NCBI RefSeq assembly: GCF_964204865.1
Contig: NC_135253.1
Location: 13,144,001-13,208,000 of the forward strand
Direction: 5' to 3'
DNA from: Styela clava
Lineage: Eukaryota
DNA length: 64,000 nt
The translations under genes and the position numbers were made by a program. Position 1 is the first letter of the stretch. Every line of letters begins with the position of its first letter. Shown in pieces: positions 14,032-26,709 of this stretch. The notes under the pieces are model-generated. The model worked only from the letters and a program-made list of their open reading frames with translations, made no database searches and had not been told where the DNA came from.

Positions 14032-14982
14032 GATTCTTGGTATTCAGCGATTATTTTCAGAATACAGTACATTCCAGATTGAAATTTATTCGTTATGTAA
14101 ACAAATAGGTGAATTGTTAGTTCGGAAGCTCCAGGGCCAATTAAGTTTTAGATAGCAAGTCGCAGAGGAATAACATTTCATAAATTGATAAAACAATTTC
14201 TCACACCAAGTCTTTGACCAAAAAATGTAACTTGCTGCATGTACAAATTAACATTAGTAAAAATGTCATACAAAATATTGATCACAAAGTTTTATCTTCG
14301 TTCTAAGTTATAAACTATAACAAAAATCCAAATATCTTGATCCGTTTGGCTCCCTGAAAATGTCCAAAGAGTAACATATTTTGTCTTTCGACGTCGATGA
14401 GAATCACTGGAAACACAAATCAAATTGCAAATATCTTGTTCATTGGATAACTTGTAATGTTTTCGTGCAGCATTATTTATGTAACGGGACTAAACAAATA
14501 TTTATCTTTCTAATCAATCTCGATATGAACAAATATTCAACGTCAATCATGTTCGGTATTGCGCAATTCGATGCCCAGGAAAGAGCCATTTCACTGTCAC
14601 CACATTTCTCATATTTTCCTAATCTCAAAAAATCAACACTTAATTGCATAATCAGCCATGACAGCACATTGTTGTTGACCTTTTAATCAACAGTATACGT
14701 GTGGTGGTCTTTTTATAAACAGAGAATAATATAACGAAGCAAACTATCATCAACTGTTGCAAGCTATTAGTTTACGTATGAGATAACGTAACCTAATTGT
14801 AATGGAATGGTGTACAAACAAGACGAGACAAATTATATAGTACAGGTACTACCTCTGTCGACCAATGATGCAGACGACATGTAAAATTCCATGTCACGGT
14901 AATGTCAATGATTAATAAACGTTTCTCAAAAACAATTGAAGGGCTGTACGCTATAGTAGTCCAGTAAGACTGAAGTGGCGCG

Positions 14983-17900
14983 ATGAAATTTTTTGGGAAA
15001 ATAGTGGTTGTCACAGGTGAGATCACGTGTAATAAGATAAAGGCGTGTCGAGAAATATGTCTGATGTGAGAGTACTGGTACGTAGCGAGCCTGCCAGCCA
15101 TGAATTTCATGTTAGTGGTAGACATGTTGTTCTATATTCAAGCGTCCGATATCATATTACTGATTGAAAACTTTGTCCTTTTTTTTCTGAAAATTTTAAG
15201 TAGTTTTTACGACAGAAACGAATTTGTCAATTCATATTATAAGTTGCTATTGTAATGGTTTTATATTTAGTCCATGGAGTATATATATAACAAGAGTGCA
15301 ATGCCCAAACAAATTCCCACGAAGATCCCAATGACTAATCACATCACAATTACTTAGCCTATGCAACTTACATATTTATGATCGATCAAAAGCATCAAAA
15401 TTGCAAATCTAGCGCACTGTCGAAGCAAATCAACGAGGTACCGGTGAGACCTTAGCTGAGAAGCGAGCCCCCCCTTTGTCGGAAAGATATCAGACTAGTC
15501 TGGCATGATGCCACGTGATGTCTCAATATTCAAAGAAATGGCAAAATTTTAAACGACATATCGATCTCTATAGGACTCAGAGGAAATTTAGGGAAATTAT
15601 GTACCCGATTTTTACAGTAACAAATGTTACACCAACACTAATTTAGCAAGGCCTTACATTTCGTGTCCATTGGCTTATTCCGTGTTTATTTGTATTTATG
15701 TTTATTTGACTGTGACAAGTGTATCAGTTGCGTTTCTCTATTTCATTTCAATTCACATTTAATAAATAACACAACATTGTATGTTTATTCATGGCAGGAG
15801 CATCGAGTGGGATCGGTGCAGCTACCGCAATAGCATTCTCAAAAGAAGGAGCTAAGCTGGCAATTTGTGGGAGGAATAAAGAAAGATTATCAGAAACAGC
15901 AAAAATATGTCTCGAAAATGGTGTTGAGGTCTGTTTTCTGATTTCGTGTTTGATTAAATGCCGATGACAAAAAAACTACACGGTACGATGACCAGATCCA
16001 CATGCCCGTATATTTTCTTGGAAAACAGTTGGGTAATATATACATGGAATTATCATCAAGAAAGTGATCTGCTTTATTGCATCAAAATTACAGGCCGAAG
16101 AGCTGTAAAATAACAATTTGTTGGGTAGGAAAATATATTATTATAATAATATTCACAATAATAATATTTTAGGTTTTGGAAATTGTTGGAGATCTATTAC
16201 AATTTGAGCATTTGGAACTAATCATCAACAAGACAGTCGAGAAATTTTCTGCAATTGATATTTTGATAAACAACGCAGGACGAGGATTGCTTAAATCTGT
16301 TAGTGATGTGAGTACATTTCAATTGTTATTAGAAACAATATGCAAGTCGGTAAGATGACTTTCCCTATTGTACTTTGTTGGGCTTTTGGCATCAGGTCAT
16401 CTGAAGTTCTTTGGGTTCAAATCAATAATTTGGAATCAGCAAACAAAAATGTATTAAAAACTTGACTCATAAAGTAAAAAAAATAACAGATTTCCAAGGC
16501 TGCCAAAATTACGTTTACCAAATTAAGATAAATATACATGCTTGCCTGAGCTGAATATTTATTATGCATAACAAACAAACATACAAAATTTAATTTCAAT
16601 GGAAAAGTTATAGTTGCTTTTCTTTGCTAATACATATCTAAAATCACTATCAAGCGAACAAAAGGCCATGAAAGTGACAAAGAAGCAATGTTTAATTATA
16701 CAGATAGGAATTTCCAATACTTGATAATAGTATAGCAGTAACCATTTCGATCTACACTAAAATTTGTAATTTGATCGTTCAAATGCTTGAAAGCGATTTT
16801 GAATTAACGCAGCAATCCACTTGGTTGTCGTATGGCGTTAGATGAACAGCGGGTTTACTGAAATAAAACAAAATTAAAGCAGAAATTTCTGAGTGAAAAT
16901 CAACAAAATAATTCATATATCCATTTCGTGTTCAACAATGCTAATTTCATTTTAGGTGGAAGTTCCTGATTTCGATCTATTATTTCGCATACTTATTCGT
17001 GCTCCTGTTTTTTTATGCAAATACGCTTTGCCTCATCTCAAGAAAACAAAAGGTGCATCGAATTATTAAGATTTTTATTGTGTAGGATATATATATACTG
17101 AATTTTAAACGCATTTTTCAACATAACTGTGATGAATTGTACAAAAGAATACAAATATAAACAGGACAGCAAAGCTCAAATATATGACACGAAGGCTAAA
17201 TTGAAATATTTTACCCACAATTCCCACAAAACCATTTCTCGATCGAAGCTGGAACTGTGGAACGGTTATCGTAACTGCATAATTCAAAAATTACGTCACT
17301 GCTACCTCACTAGACACCTGCTATACACAAGACCCTCAGTTACCTACTGTAACCCTTACCAAAACATTTCCGTAGAACGAGCACTGACTTTGCCAAATCA
17401 AAACGTAGACATCCTGATGTTGATGTGAGCCGTCACGCTTGGCGGAATAAATACCATGCTCCCACGAAAAAAAAAAACAGCGAAATTTTGAATTTAATAT
17501 CGGATCTTATAGGATTCATAGAAAATATAGGAGTAATAGCCTTCAAGCGACAACAACACTCTTTAAACCACTGAAAATCACAAAGCAATTGGTGCAATAG
17601 TTGGAGAGAAAAAAAATTCTCAACAACAACAAGAATATTAATAGCAACAACAAAACGATCGATATGTCCATTTCGTGTCCAACAAATGAATTTTCCTCTC
17701 ATAGTCATCGATATAATAATCTCCCGTCTCATACATACACTTACAAATTCTTAAAATTGTAGGGTGTGTAGTGAATGTGTCGAGTGTAGCGACGTTTTGC
17801 AGTGGAAAAACATCTACTTGTTACAAAATGTTCAAGGGTGCTTTGGATCACTTTACATCAGGATTCTCTGCAGGTCGATTTTCGATTCGAATATTTGATA

Positions 17901-19228
17901 ACTTATAGTGAGGAAAGTAAAAAATATTATGTCACTCTTTAACCTGATGGTGTGAATCTGAGCTGTTGGATAAAAAGCCTTTTGTCGTGACTCGTAGACA
18001 ATTGGTATTAATATGTTGCAAAATGAATGATCATAATTATATGATGTAGAAGATGAAAAACTTCAATTACTAAATAAAACATAATGAGTATTAAAATATC
18101 AATTTATCCCATGAATACGATCAAACCTGTACACATATATATAATATTCTGTAGAAAATTCAACGTTATTCTCCGTTTGATATCCAATCGTGATGTTATT
18201 GTATCTACGGTTCCAAACTGTAAGTCAAGCTGCTAATTTCTTCACATTTTATAAAATTATTTTACAGAGTGCTGCCCCTTCGGTGTCCGTGTGAACGGAA
18301 TCAAGTAAGTGAAGTTAAACTAATTGAATTTTCAATTTGCCATGTTGCGTTTTCCTCAGTGTGGATACTTTAGGACTTATGGTATTCAATTATTATTCCT
18401 AACCCAGGGGTTTCCAAACTAGGGTACATGTACCCCCTGGGGTACATTTTGACTTTTCAATGCGTCCGTGGAATTAAGTACAATGATATTCTTCCCATAT
18501 TTATGGCTTGGGCTTCTACAAAAGATCTGAAAATTTCAAAGCCATTGGTCCAGTGGTTGAAGCTTTGCGATATTTTCACAACAACAAGAACAACAGGAAG
18601 CAAAACGAAAATATCAGCAACAACATAATATATACCTAAACGATCCCGGATCCATACGTCCATTTCGTGTCCAATAAAAACAAAACTATCTTTAGACCCA
18701 TTTCGTGTCCAATAATTACAGAACGATTCATAGACCATTTCGTGTCCAATACGTTGTGCATCAAAGCATGTTAAGCTTGAAGATATGATAAAATTCGGGG
18801 GTACACTAGCAATTTGAAAAAATATCAAACTGGCACCAATGAAAAAAAGCAAACCCCGTCCCAGCCTAATATTCCTATACCGTTGTTGAATGTCCTGCTA
18901 TAGCACATATGAAAAAAATGATGCAAATCCTAACCTACATCTCTTTTCCACAGTCCAGCTGTCGTTATGACGAGAATTGCAGAAACATCTGAAATGCCGA
19001 AGGATTCCGCGGAAAAGGCAAGTTTATGTAATTAATAACAGGACTAAAAAGAACAAAATAATATAAAAAATTGTTTTTATTCAGATGCTTGCGAATTTGA
19101 AAGATCAACAACCGTTTGGAATTATTCAACCAGAGGCAATAGCTGATGGAATCTTGTTTCTTTGTACCTCTGCTCATATCACGGGAATATCACTGCTCGT
19201 AGATTCGGGATTTTTGACTACAATTTAA
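14983..19228 (+). CDS. Classical SDR oxidoreductase, paralog 3; 8 exons, 250 aa
   Basis: Exons 14983-15016, 15798-15928, 16173-16307, 16956-17052, 17763-17873, 18268-18304, 18954-19017, 19085-19228. Starts MKFFGKIVVVTGASSGIG; NNAG; YKMFK; GC donor at 19018. Confidence 0.92.
17159..17682 (+). mobile_element. DINE-1/HINE-like repeat (SDR3 intron 4)
   Basis: Starts AACAGGACAGCAAAGCTCAAATATATGACACG; ends AAACGATCGATATGTCCATTTCGTGTCCAA. Confidence 0.68.
18405..18857. mobile_element. Degenerate hAT-type MITE in SDR3 intron 6, containing HINE-like end sequences
   Basis: Left end CAGGGGTTTCCAAACT with GGGGTACA subterminal motifs; decayed right end near AAACCCC at ~18857. Confidence 0.5.
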
Positions 19229-19579
19229 AATGCTCTGTAAAATCTTGCTATTTATATTTTAAAAGAATGAAAGAATATTAATTCGTATGTTTGAGTCTGC
19301 TGTAAACTGAGAATTATTTGTATATATAATCAAAATGTTCAGGAATAAAATGGCTATCGAATGCTGGAGAAAGCAACACACACGGACATTTGCACGCCCG
19401 CTCATTTGCAACAATCCATATTTGCACCACATACGAGTACATTTGCATCCACTAATATTTGGGTTTCAAACAAAATTTCATTTTGTCATTCTAATTAGAT
19501 TTCTCCCTAGGTTACTTTGGGGCACTGTAACCGTTTGTACAAGTCAGTAATGTAAACCGATGAGAATATATACATTGTG

Positions 19580-20041
19580 CAGGGGTGGCCAACCTACTTT
19601 CGACCGCGATCGACTGAAGGTAACGAGGTCATGCACAAAAGCGATTGTGTACAGAATATGCAGATAACTGCACACACGCATAAAAAATTTCCATCGCTAC
19701 CAATAAGCTCGGCTCTGTGGGCGCATTTTTAATGAAATAACTACAAAAATTCCATTACAAATTAAGTTCATTTTCAAACCTTGGCAGCGGCGAAATTTCC
19801 TTAGCTACGAAATATAATGCTCTATCGGGCTTGCCCAGACTCAAATACTGTATGACTATATATATATCGTATTTGGCGCATGTACAGTAATTTATTCGTC
19901 CTGTTTTAAAACACACAGCAGGCGGTGCATGGAACTGGTTCAAGACAATTTTCTATCAAAATCACTCAACATCAGACGCGATGGACTACTCGAAATGTGA
20001 CGATCGACCGGTCGTCGCGATCGACGTGTTGGTCACCCCAT
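19580..20041. mobile_element. Non-autonomous hAT-type MITE
   Basis: TIRs CAGGGGTGGCCAAC / GTTGGTCACCCC; CGATCGAC subterminal repeats at both ends. Confidence 0.72.
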
Positions 20042-21184
20042 TGAATACGGAATCATTGCAAACTTGCACGCGATTGCTTTGGATTTCCACTAATCAACTT
20101 CAAGCAAGAACTGGAAACTGTTTTTTATGCTAAAAAAATCTGCCATTGTTTCACCAGCACAGACATTACCGATTTTAGCACAAAACTTCCAATGAGTAGT
20201 GTTATCTATTCTTTGAACGTGTTGAATTTCAAAAAATAAGGCTGTGAGCTTAAAACTCATTAAATTTACCAAACTATTTCTTAACGAAACTTTCTACTAT
20301 TGTATTCGAAGACACTTTCCATTGGCCCAGTTAACTAAATAATTCAAAATTACCATTTTTTCATTTGTGGGAATCCAGCATGAGAGTCTGAACGTGATTT
20401 CCGCCGGGAGTGCAATTATATGTCCAAAAAAGGTCTGAAGATCACAGGGATGGCTCCTGAACTGACATCTGTTGTCTGAACATCCCAATACCCCAAATCG
20501 GCACAGTAAATTAATTTCCACCGTTATAACAATTCATATTAGTTGGGCATAGGGTATATCGTTCAGAGTTCAGACGACGCGTTAGTTTGACTTAATGCCA
20601 CGCACTGGCCCTATATGAGCAAAATAGAAAAGTTGTGGACGAAACACCGATCCCGGAAAATTATGAAAAAAAAAAGGGGGGGGGGGGAGGAAGAGCATTA
20701 TGACATCCTCCTATATATCGAATTATAACAATTTAAATAAAACGTTCATATATATGTAAATTTTGTGTTCTAAAAGTGCGGCTGTTATTTGACGGTAGCG
20801 TGATATTGGTGTTAAGGGGCTGAAATAGCAATTTGAGGGTTGCCTAGACGAATGTCATTCATCATCAATCGTACCAGTCATAGTCAACCTTAGCGACTTT
20901 TGTCGGATGGATTTGCCTGATTATTGATACTCAATGTAAAATTGTTTCACATTCTAATACTTGGAAATCCGTTTATCAAAGCGTGGATTTAGCTCAAGTG
21001 TGTAAATAATGCATTGGTTGTCAAACAAGTATCATGGCTTTATGCGAAGTGTAAAGCGCATCCTTGTTTGCACTGACATTCACAGAATGTTAGCGTGATG
21101 AGATTTATCAGTCTGCGTATATTTTGTTAACAGTTTATGGCAGTGTTGGACTGTGATAATTCAGAAACGCCAAGGTAGATAGAG

Positions 21185-24100
21185 ATGTCATTTAGCGGAA
21201 AAGTTGTCATAATTACAGGTAAATCAGTAAAATACAAGTTTGATTAATAAAAAAAGACTATGTGCACTTGTATGCAGACAAGTATCAATACTTCTAAGTA
21301 GCTTATCTATCACTGGTGTTATAAAGAGTTGACAGCATATCGTCCTAATGTCTTTCAAAATCACGAACAAGCTTGAAAACGCATTTCACCACAATTTTGA
21401 TTAGGTCTTCTTAAATTAAGGTGCCTCCAGCGGAATCGGAGCTGCAACTGCTATTGCATTTTCAAAAGAAGGAGCCAAGTTATCAATTTGTGGCAGAAAC
21501 AAAGAAAGGTTATCAGAAACAGCCAAAGAATGCCAGGAAAATGGTGCCGAGGTTAGTTTTAGGCTGGTATTCTACAAAATAATCCCAATCAGGTAACATA
21601 TTTCCTTATAATATATATTTTTTGGAGTTCAAAAAGTATATAAATTTTTATATTAAATTAAACAGATATTCAAAACAGTAGTGTTTAGTAACTACCCCTT
21701 GAAGATGGGAATTTTTAAAAGTGTACAAAAGTGTATGTTATACATGCTTACGTTATAAATAATATTTCAGGTTTTAGAAATTATTGGAGATTTGTTAGAA
21801 TTTGAACATTTGGAACATTGTATTGACAAAACAGTCGAGAAATTTTCTGCTATTGACGTGTTGATTAATAATGCAGGACGTTCATTGGCTAAACCTTTCG
21901 AGAATGTGAGTTTGATATAACCGCTTTTGATATTACTGTTGGTAGGAATACTGACATTTCTTTATATTTTGCTCCGAGAAATACAGTAACCTTTAAGGAA
22001 TGAATGTTGCATTAAATATTCAAATTTAACGTGTTCACCTAATTTTAAAGTTCTAAATCAGCCGTTCCCAACTTTTTGTTCTCGCGGCGCCAAATTATCA
22101 GGAAAAAAACTCACGGCGCACTTGAAAAAAATTGCTGGTTTTTAAAGAAAACTCAATTTTGTGATCGTTAATGTGTACTTTACGCTTTTTAAAGTTTGTA
22201 AACATGTAGGCCTAATGGAAGATTGTATTATGGTCAAAGAAAAGCCAATGGTGTAAATTATACAAGTGGGGAAAATGTGACCTAAAAATCTACCCATTGA
22301 CATATTAATTTACTCAATTAATGAAAAAAGGGAAAACAAATATAATATAAATGTGAAAATGTACAACAATTATGATGTCGTCGTCAGGAGCCAAGTATAT
22401 TTTTTCTTATCTTACGAATCTTATTTTTCGACCACAGTAAAAAGTCGAAAAATTGACTGCACAAATCCACATATTTATTTAACCTAACTTCTAAGCCTTG
22501 AAAGAAATACTTTTCAGTTTTGATATTTTCAGACAGAAGAAACTGATTTTGACATGATGTTTCGGATACTCGTCCGAGCGCCCGTTTTTCTCTGCAAATA
22601 TGCTTTGCCCCATCTGAAGAAAACAAAAGGTACTTTATATAAAAGTTTCCGTGATGGCCATGGAATATATGCATTAGCTTATCGACGTCTCGTACCAGAC
22701 GTTACAGCTCAGACATTTTGGACCAATATACCAATTTCTTTACTACAAATAGTAAAAGTAACGTATTTTGGCAATGGAAGTTAAACAGTTCGTCATATTA
22801 TTCAGTTTTTTAGTAAATACAATTCACGAAAATGGAGGGGAGCGTAAAAGTTTGACGCAAACTAAACAACACGATATTTGATTTCTAACACTCGGTATAG
22901 GTCGTGGAACCGCCACACGGTGCGCAATTTTTAATTCTGATGACCTCTAGACACAAAATCAAAAAACGAATCGCATAGAGCCCACATGAATTTTGTCGTA
23001 ACAATGATAATAAAAACAAGTAGAACAACATCAAAATAACAAAACAATGCATAGGTTCACTTCTTGTTCAAAAACAAAAACAAATTCGGCCTCGTGGACC
23101 CATACGGGTGTGTAATGATGTCAATACATAATATTTAGCGACGCTGATAATCGATATATAAATTGTTGAATTGATTTTTCATTTGAAACGCACATAAATC
23201 AGGTTTATTGAGAGCTAATGTGTATGAATTAATATATATAATAAAAAATTTCAACATAACAAATTATGTTTTGTAATTCGAAATTTCAGGATGTGTAGTG
23301 AATGTGTCGAGTGTTGCATCACTATGCACAAAAATAGGAGACCTCCCATACCAAATGTTCAAATGTGCTTTGAATCACTTCACGAAAGGATTTGCAGCAG
23401 GCAAGTATTATCTAAATAAATTCAATTATTTGATAACACGGATGTCTCAAAAAGTTCGTGTCCCACTTGTCTAACGTCTCCCACTTGTTTCAGGGCAAAG
23501 TGGGACAAGTGAGACACTTGGGACAAGTAAGACAAGTGGGACACAACATTTTCGATACACCGACACATACTAGCCTACTTTGTTCGATTGCAATAAATAA
23601 TAAGATGAAAACAACTTTTTATTTGCTGTACTATTACTACAGTAATAATCTTTAGTTCTTTATTATTACTAAAATTTAATAAATTTTTTGAAAAAAGTTA
23701 AAATCGTCACACTATACCGTTTTCATTAGCAAATATTTTTTTAAATCTATTTTAAAATTGTGATCCTGATTTTGGAGATTTGTATAAAATATTGATAAAG
23801 CGTTAAGTTGAAATATAGCTCCAGCTTGATAAAATTTTTGCTTTTAACTCAAATTAGATTGAATGAAATGAAAATAAATGATACAACCCATTAAATGTAT
23901 TTCATTAAACAATATAACCCTTATTTTACAGAGTGCAGTCCATTTGGTATCCGTGTGAACAGCATCAAGTAAGAAGATTTGGAACTAAAAATAAGATTTA
24001 TAAACAACTTGAATTTGTTATCAACAGATAAAACTAATAAATTTCTACGGAGCAGAACTAAATTGTTCATAAATGTATTTTTTACTGTTTTTGATTGGAA

Positions 24101-24722
24101 TTATATCATTGGATGATTGCAAGCGCTTCTTTTTATTCTTGTATGGTAAACTCTATTTTCAAGCTTTTTGCCTTGACTTCGACTGTCTGATGCTTGAACT
24201 CCTTGAGCAAGCTCTATTTAAATAATAAAAATATCACAAGTATCGTATTTACAGCCCAGCTGTGGTCATGACAAGGTTTGCAGAAACATCAGGATTTTCA
24301 ATGGAAGTCATGGACAAGGCGAGTAAATATATTTTGTTATTGAATTTATCGATTTATTTTACGACTTGACTGAATGCATCATATAAATATCATCGCCCCA
24401 GCTCGCCGGAGTCGAAAAAATTTCAACATAACTTTTATTTCAAGCTCCTGTCCACTCAGACTCGCTACCTCACGAAATGTCTAATAAATGAGATTTCCAC
24501 TAAAATTATTTAAATTTTATTCGAAATGAAAACGAAGTTTTCTCAAGAGTTGAAATAATTCAAATTTTAAATTTTTAGGTCGTTGAACGGTTCAAGAATA
24601 ATCATCCTCTTGGAATAATTCAACCTGAAACAATAGCTGCTGGAATCATGTTTCTGTGTACTTCTCCTCATATTACCGGAATATTATTGCCAGTGGACTC
24701 GGGATTTTTGGGTACAATTTGA
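21185..24722 (+). CDS. Classical SDR oxidoreductase, paralog 4; 8 exons, 250 aa, two GC-AG introns
   Basis: Exons 21185-21218, 21421-21551, 21771-21905, 22533-22629, 23290-23400, 23932-23968, 24255-24318, 24579-24722. YQMFK; GC donors at 23401 (CAG|gcaagt) and 24319 (AAG|gcgagt). Confidence 0.91.
23439..23562. mobile_element. 124-bp foldback MITE in SDR4 intron 5
   Basis: Imperfect ~33-bp TIRs (CGGATGTCTCAAAAAGTTCGTGTCCCACTTGTC / GACAAGTGGGACACAACATTTTCGATACACCG), internal ACAAGT(G)GG reiterations, possible ACA TSD. Confidence 0.7.
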
Positions 24723-25161
24723 GATGCTGTGAATAGCCTATATTGCCTTTCATATTTTGACAAAAAAGAAAACTTGCCGTTAAACGTTTTTTTTTTTGAA
24801 AATACAGTACTTCAACAATGAGGTTAATTGGTTATGCATGATTAAATTGGTTATGCAAAATGTTCAGAAATATTTGTTTCAAAACAAGCCTTGTTACCTT
24901 GTTACCGGTTTTCATTTTTCTCCATTTATATAGGTGTTTGAAAGTTTACCATTCTGAAATAAACACAGAAACATGTAACAAAAATACAAATCGTGCGCAA
25001 TAAGTATATCATCAATGACACAAAACAGAATCAAAATGAAGCGATAACATATTTCTCAAACAATAATATGAAACAAAATTATTAACACACACATGTGCAT
25101 TTCAGAATGTTTTTTGAGTGTGTTTTGGGGAGTTGGCGCTTACAATCTGGTTTATATATAT

Positions 25162-25895
25162 CAGGGGTGGGCACACCGCGGCTCGCGAGCCGCATGCGGC
25201 TCGCCAGACTTTTTGTGCGGCTCTTCTCGCTAACATAAATTATTATCCAAATTTTAACTAAGAGAAAAACTTTAATGTAAACTCTGTTAATTTATTAAAA
25301 GTCGTAAAGAAGTTTTCGTCAATGATTAATAAGACAAATTATGTTTTAGTATGAAAATCGCTTTAGCGTTGAATTTAAGTCAGCAAATCTTTCGTCACAA
25401 TGGTCAATGTTTATTGATGCGTCGGCTGTATTGCAGCTTGATTGCGGTTAGTTAGTCTAAGTTACTGGACGATATGTCCTCAATTAAGAAACTAAAGTAC
25501 GAAGATGAAAACAGAGTTGTCAAGTCAGAATGGGAAGAAGAATACGCATTTACCAGTCAGGAGAATAAACCTTTGTGCTTAATCTGACATAAGCTACTAA
25601 GTCAGAATAAAGTCAGCAATGTTAAACGGCACCATGAAACAAATCATGAAAGCTTCTTACGAGACTACCCTCGTAAATCAGCTATAAGGAAACACAAATT
25701 AAATGAGCTCAAATTGTGCATATATTTGAGCATAGCTGCCTTGTTTATATATTTATTGTTATTAGACTCTTGTGTGAATTTCTTTTCTGTTCATGGTATT
25801 TTGATAATAATAATAAATTCACAAATTCTACGGCTCTTATAAAGTTCTGACTGGCAGCATGCGGCTCTTTTACTAAAAAATTGTGCCCACCCCTG
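25162..25895 (+). mobile_element. Internally deleted hAT (Charlie/SPIN/Buster-like) transposon
   Basis: TIRs CAGGGGTGGGCACA / TGTGCCCACCCCTG; perfect 8-bp TSD ATATATAT; GCGGCTC subterminal repeats; absent from the homologous sites at ~26975, ~34575 and ~34950. Confidence 0.92.
25474..25715 (+). pseudogene. N-terminal zinc-finger fragment of a hAT transposase (GTF2IRD2/Charlie-like)
   Basis: MSSIKKLKYEDENRVVKSEWEEEYAFTSQENKPLCLI*HKLLSQNKVSNVKRHHETNH...; CxxC...HxxxxH pattern with the second Cys mutated to TGA; truncated. Confidence 0.82.
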
Positions 25896-26304
25896 ATATA
25901 TATGTTCAAAAACATCATTTTCATTACAACTATTTGACCACGTGTCGCTTACAGGTTAAGCTTGTTTGTCGCAGCGTTTGCTGGACTAATTTTTTAACTG
26001 CAACTAAACTAGAGCTCCTCGGAAGACATAATGAATATTCAGGTATTTAATTTAGAACTAGTTACTAGATTCCTGAGCATGAAACATCGACATGTAGGGC
26101 CGGATCATGCCTTTCAGGTGCCTCAGGCACTTGAGACTTTGGTGTCCTATATATATATAAAAAGTAATAATTATAGTATTGTAACTACTGTTCCATGTTA
26201 TCTGAAATTGAATAAGTAAGTTTCAATAGGGATGTTTTCACGAGAATCGATTTCTTTTTTGATTGCGTGACAGTGACCAATCAGCAATGAGTTAACAATG
26301 ACGA

Positions 26305-26709
26305 AACAAGAGAGCAACGCTCAAATATATTGACACGTGGACTAGAGCGAAGCAGGGTTTACCTTTGACGTTACCGGTACCGTGCCCTCAAAAAGTTCCG
26401 GGTTTTCAGTCGCAAGGATTTTCACAGTCAGCCGTCACGCTTGGCGGATTAAAAACCGTGTTCCCATAATTAAAAATTAATACAGCGCAATTTTGGATGA
26501 AATATTAGATCTCATAAGATTCATAGAAAATTCAGGAATAAATGAAAGTAATAGCCTTTTGGCAAAAAAATCAATCTTTCACTGAAAATTCCAAAGCAAT
26601 TGGTCCAGTATTCGAAGAGAAAGGCGATTTTTTAATGATAATGACGAAAGAAAATAACAATAACAACAAAATTTTGAAACGATCGTTATGGCCACTAAAC
26701 GTGTCCAAT
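26305..26709 (+). mobile_element. DINE-1/HINE-like repeat
   Basis: Starts AACAAGAGAGCAACGCTCAAATATATTGACACG; ends CGTGTCCAAT; absent from the inverted homologous segment at ~34851. Confidence 0.72.

Noticed and set aside
18636-18750. CRISPR-like repeat/spacer pattern
   Set aside because: Only three 17-bp repeats, identical to the terminus of a dispersed repeat family; eukaryotic intron; no cas genes.
20666-20690. Poly-A/poly-G run
   Set aside because: Simple homopolymers of uncertain length; no supportable function.
9801-21185. SDR array as a polycistronic operon
   Set aside because: Intergenic distances of ~1-4 kb are far longer than typical trans-spliced operon spacing.
22059-22125. hAT-like left end CAGCCGTTCCCAAC (similar solo ends at ~30940 and ~49475-49707)
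   Set aside because: No clear partner TIR or TSD; too decayed to delimit.
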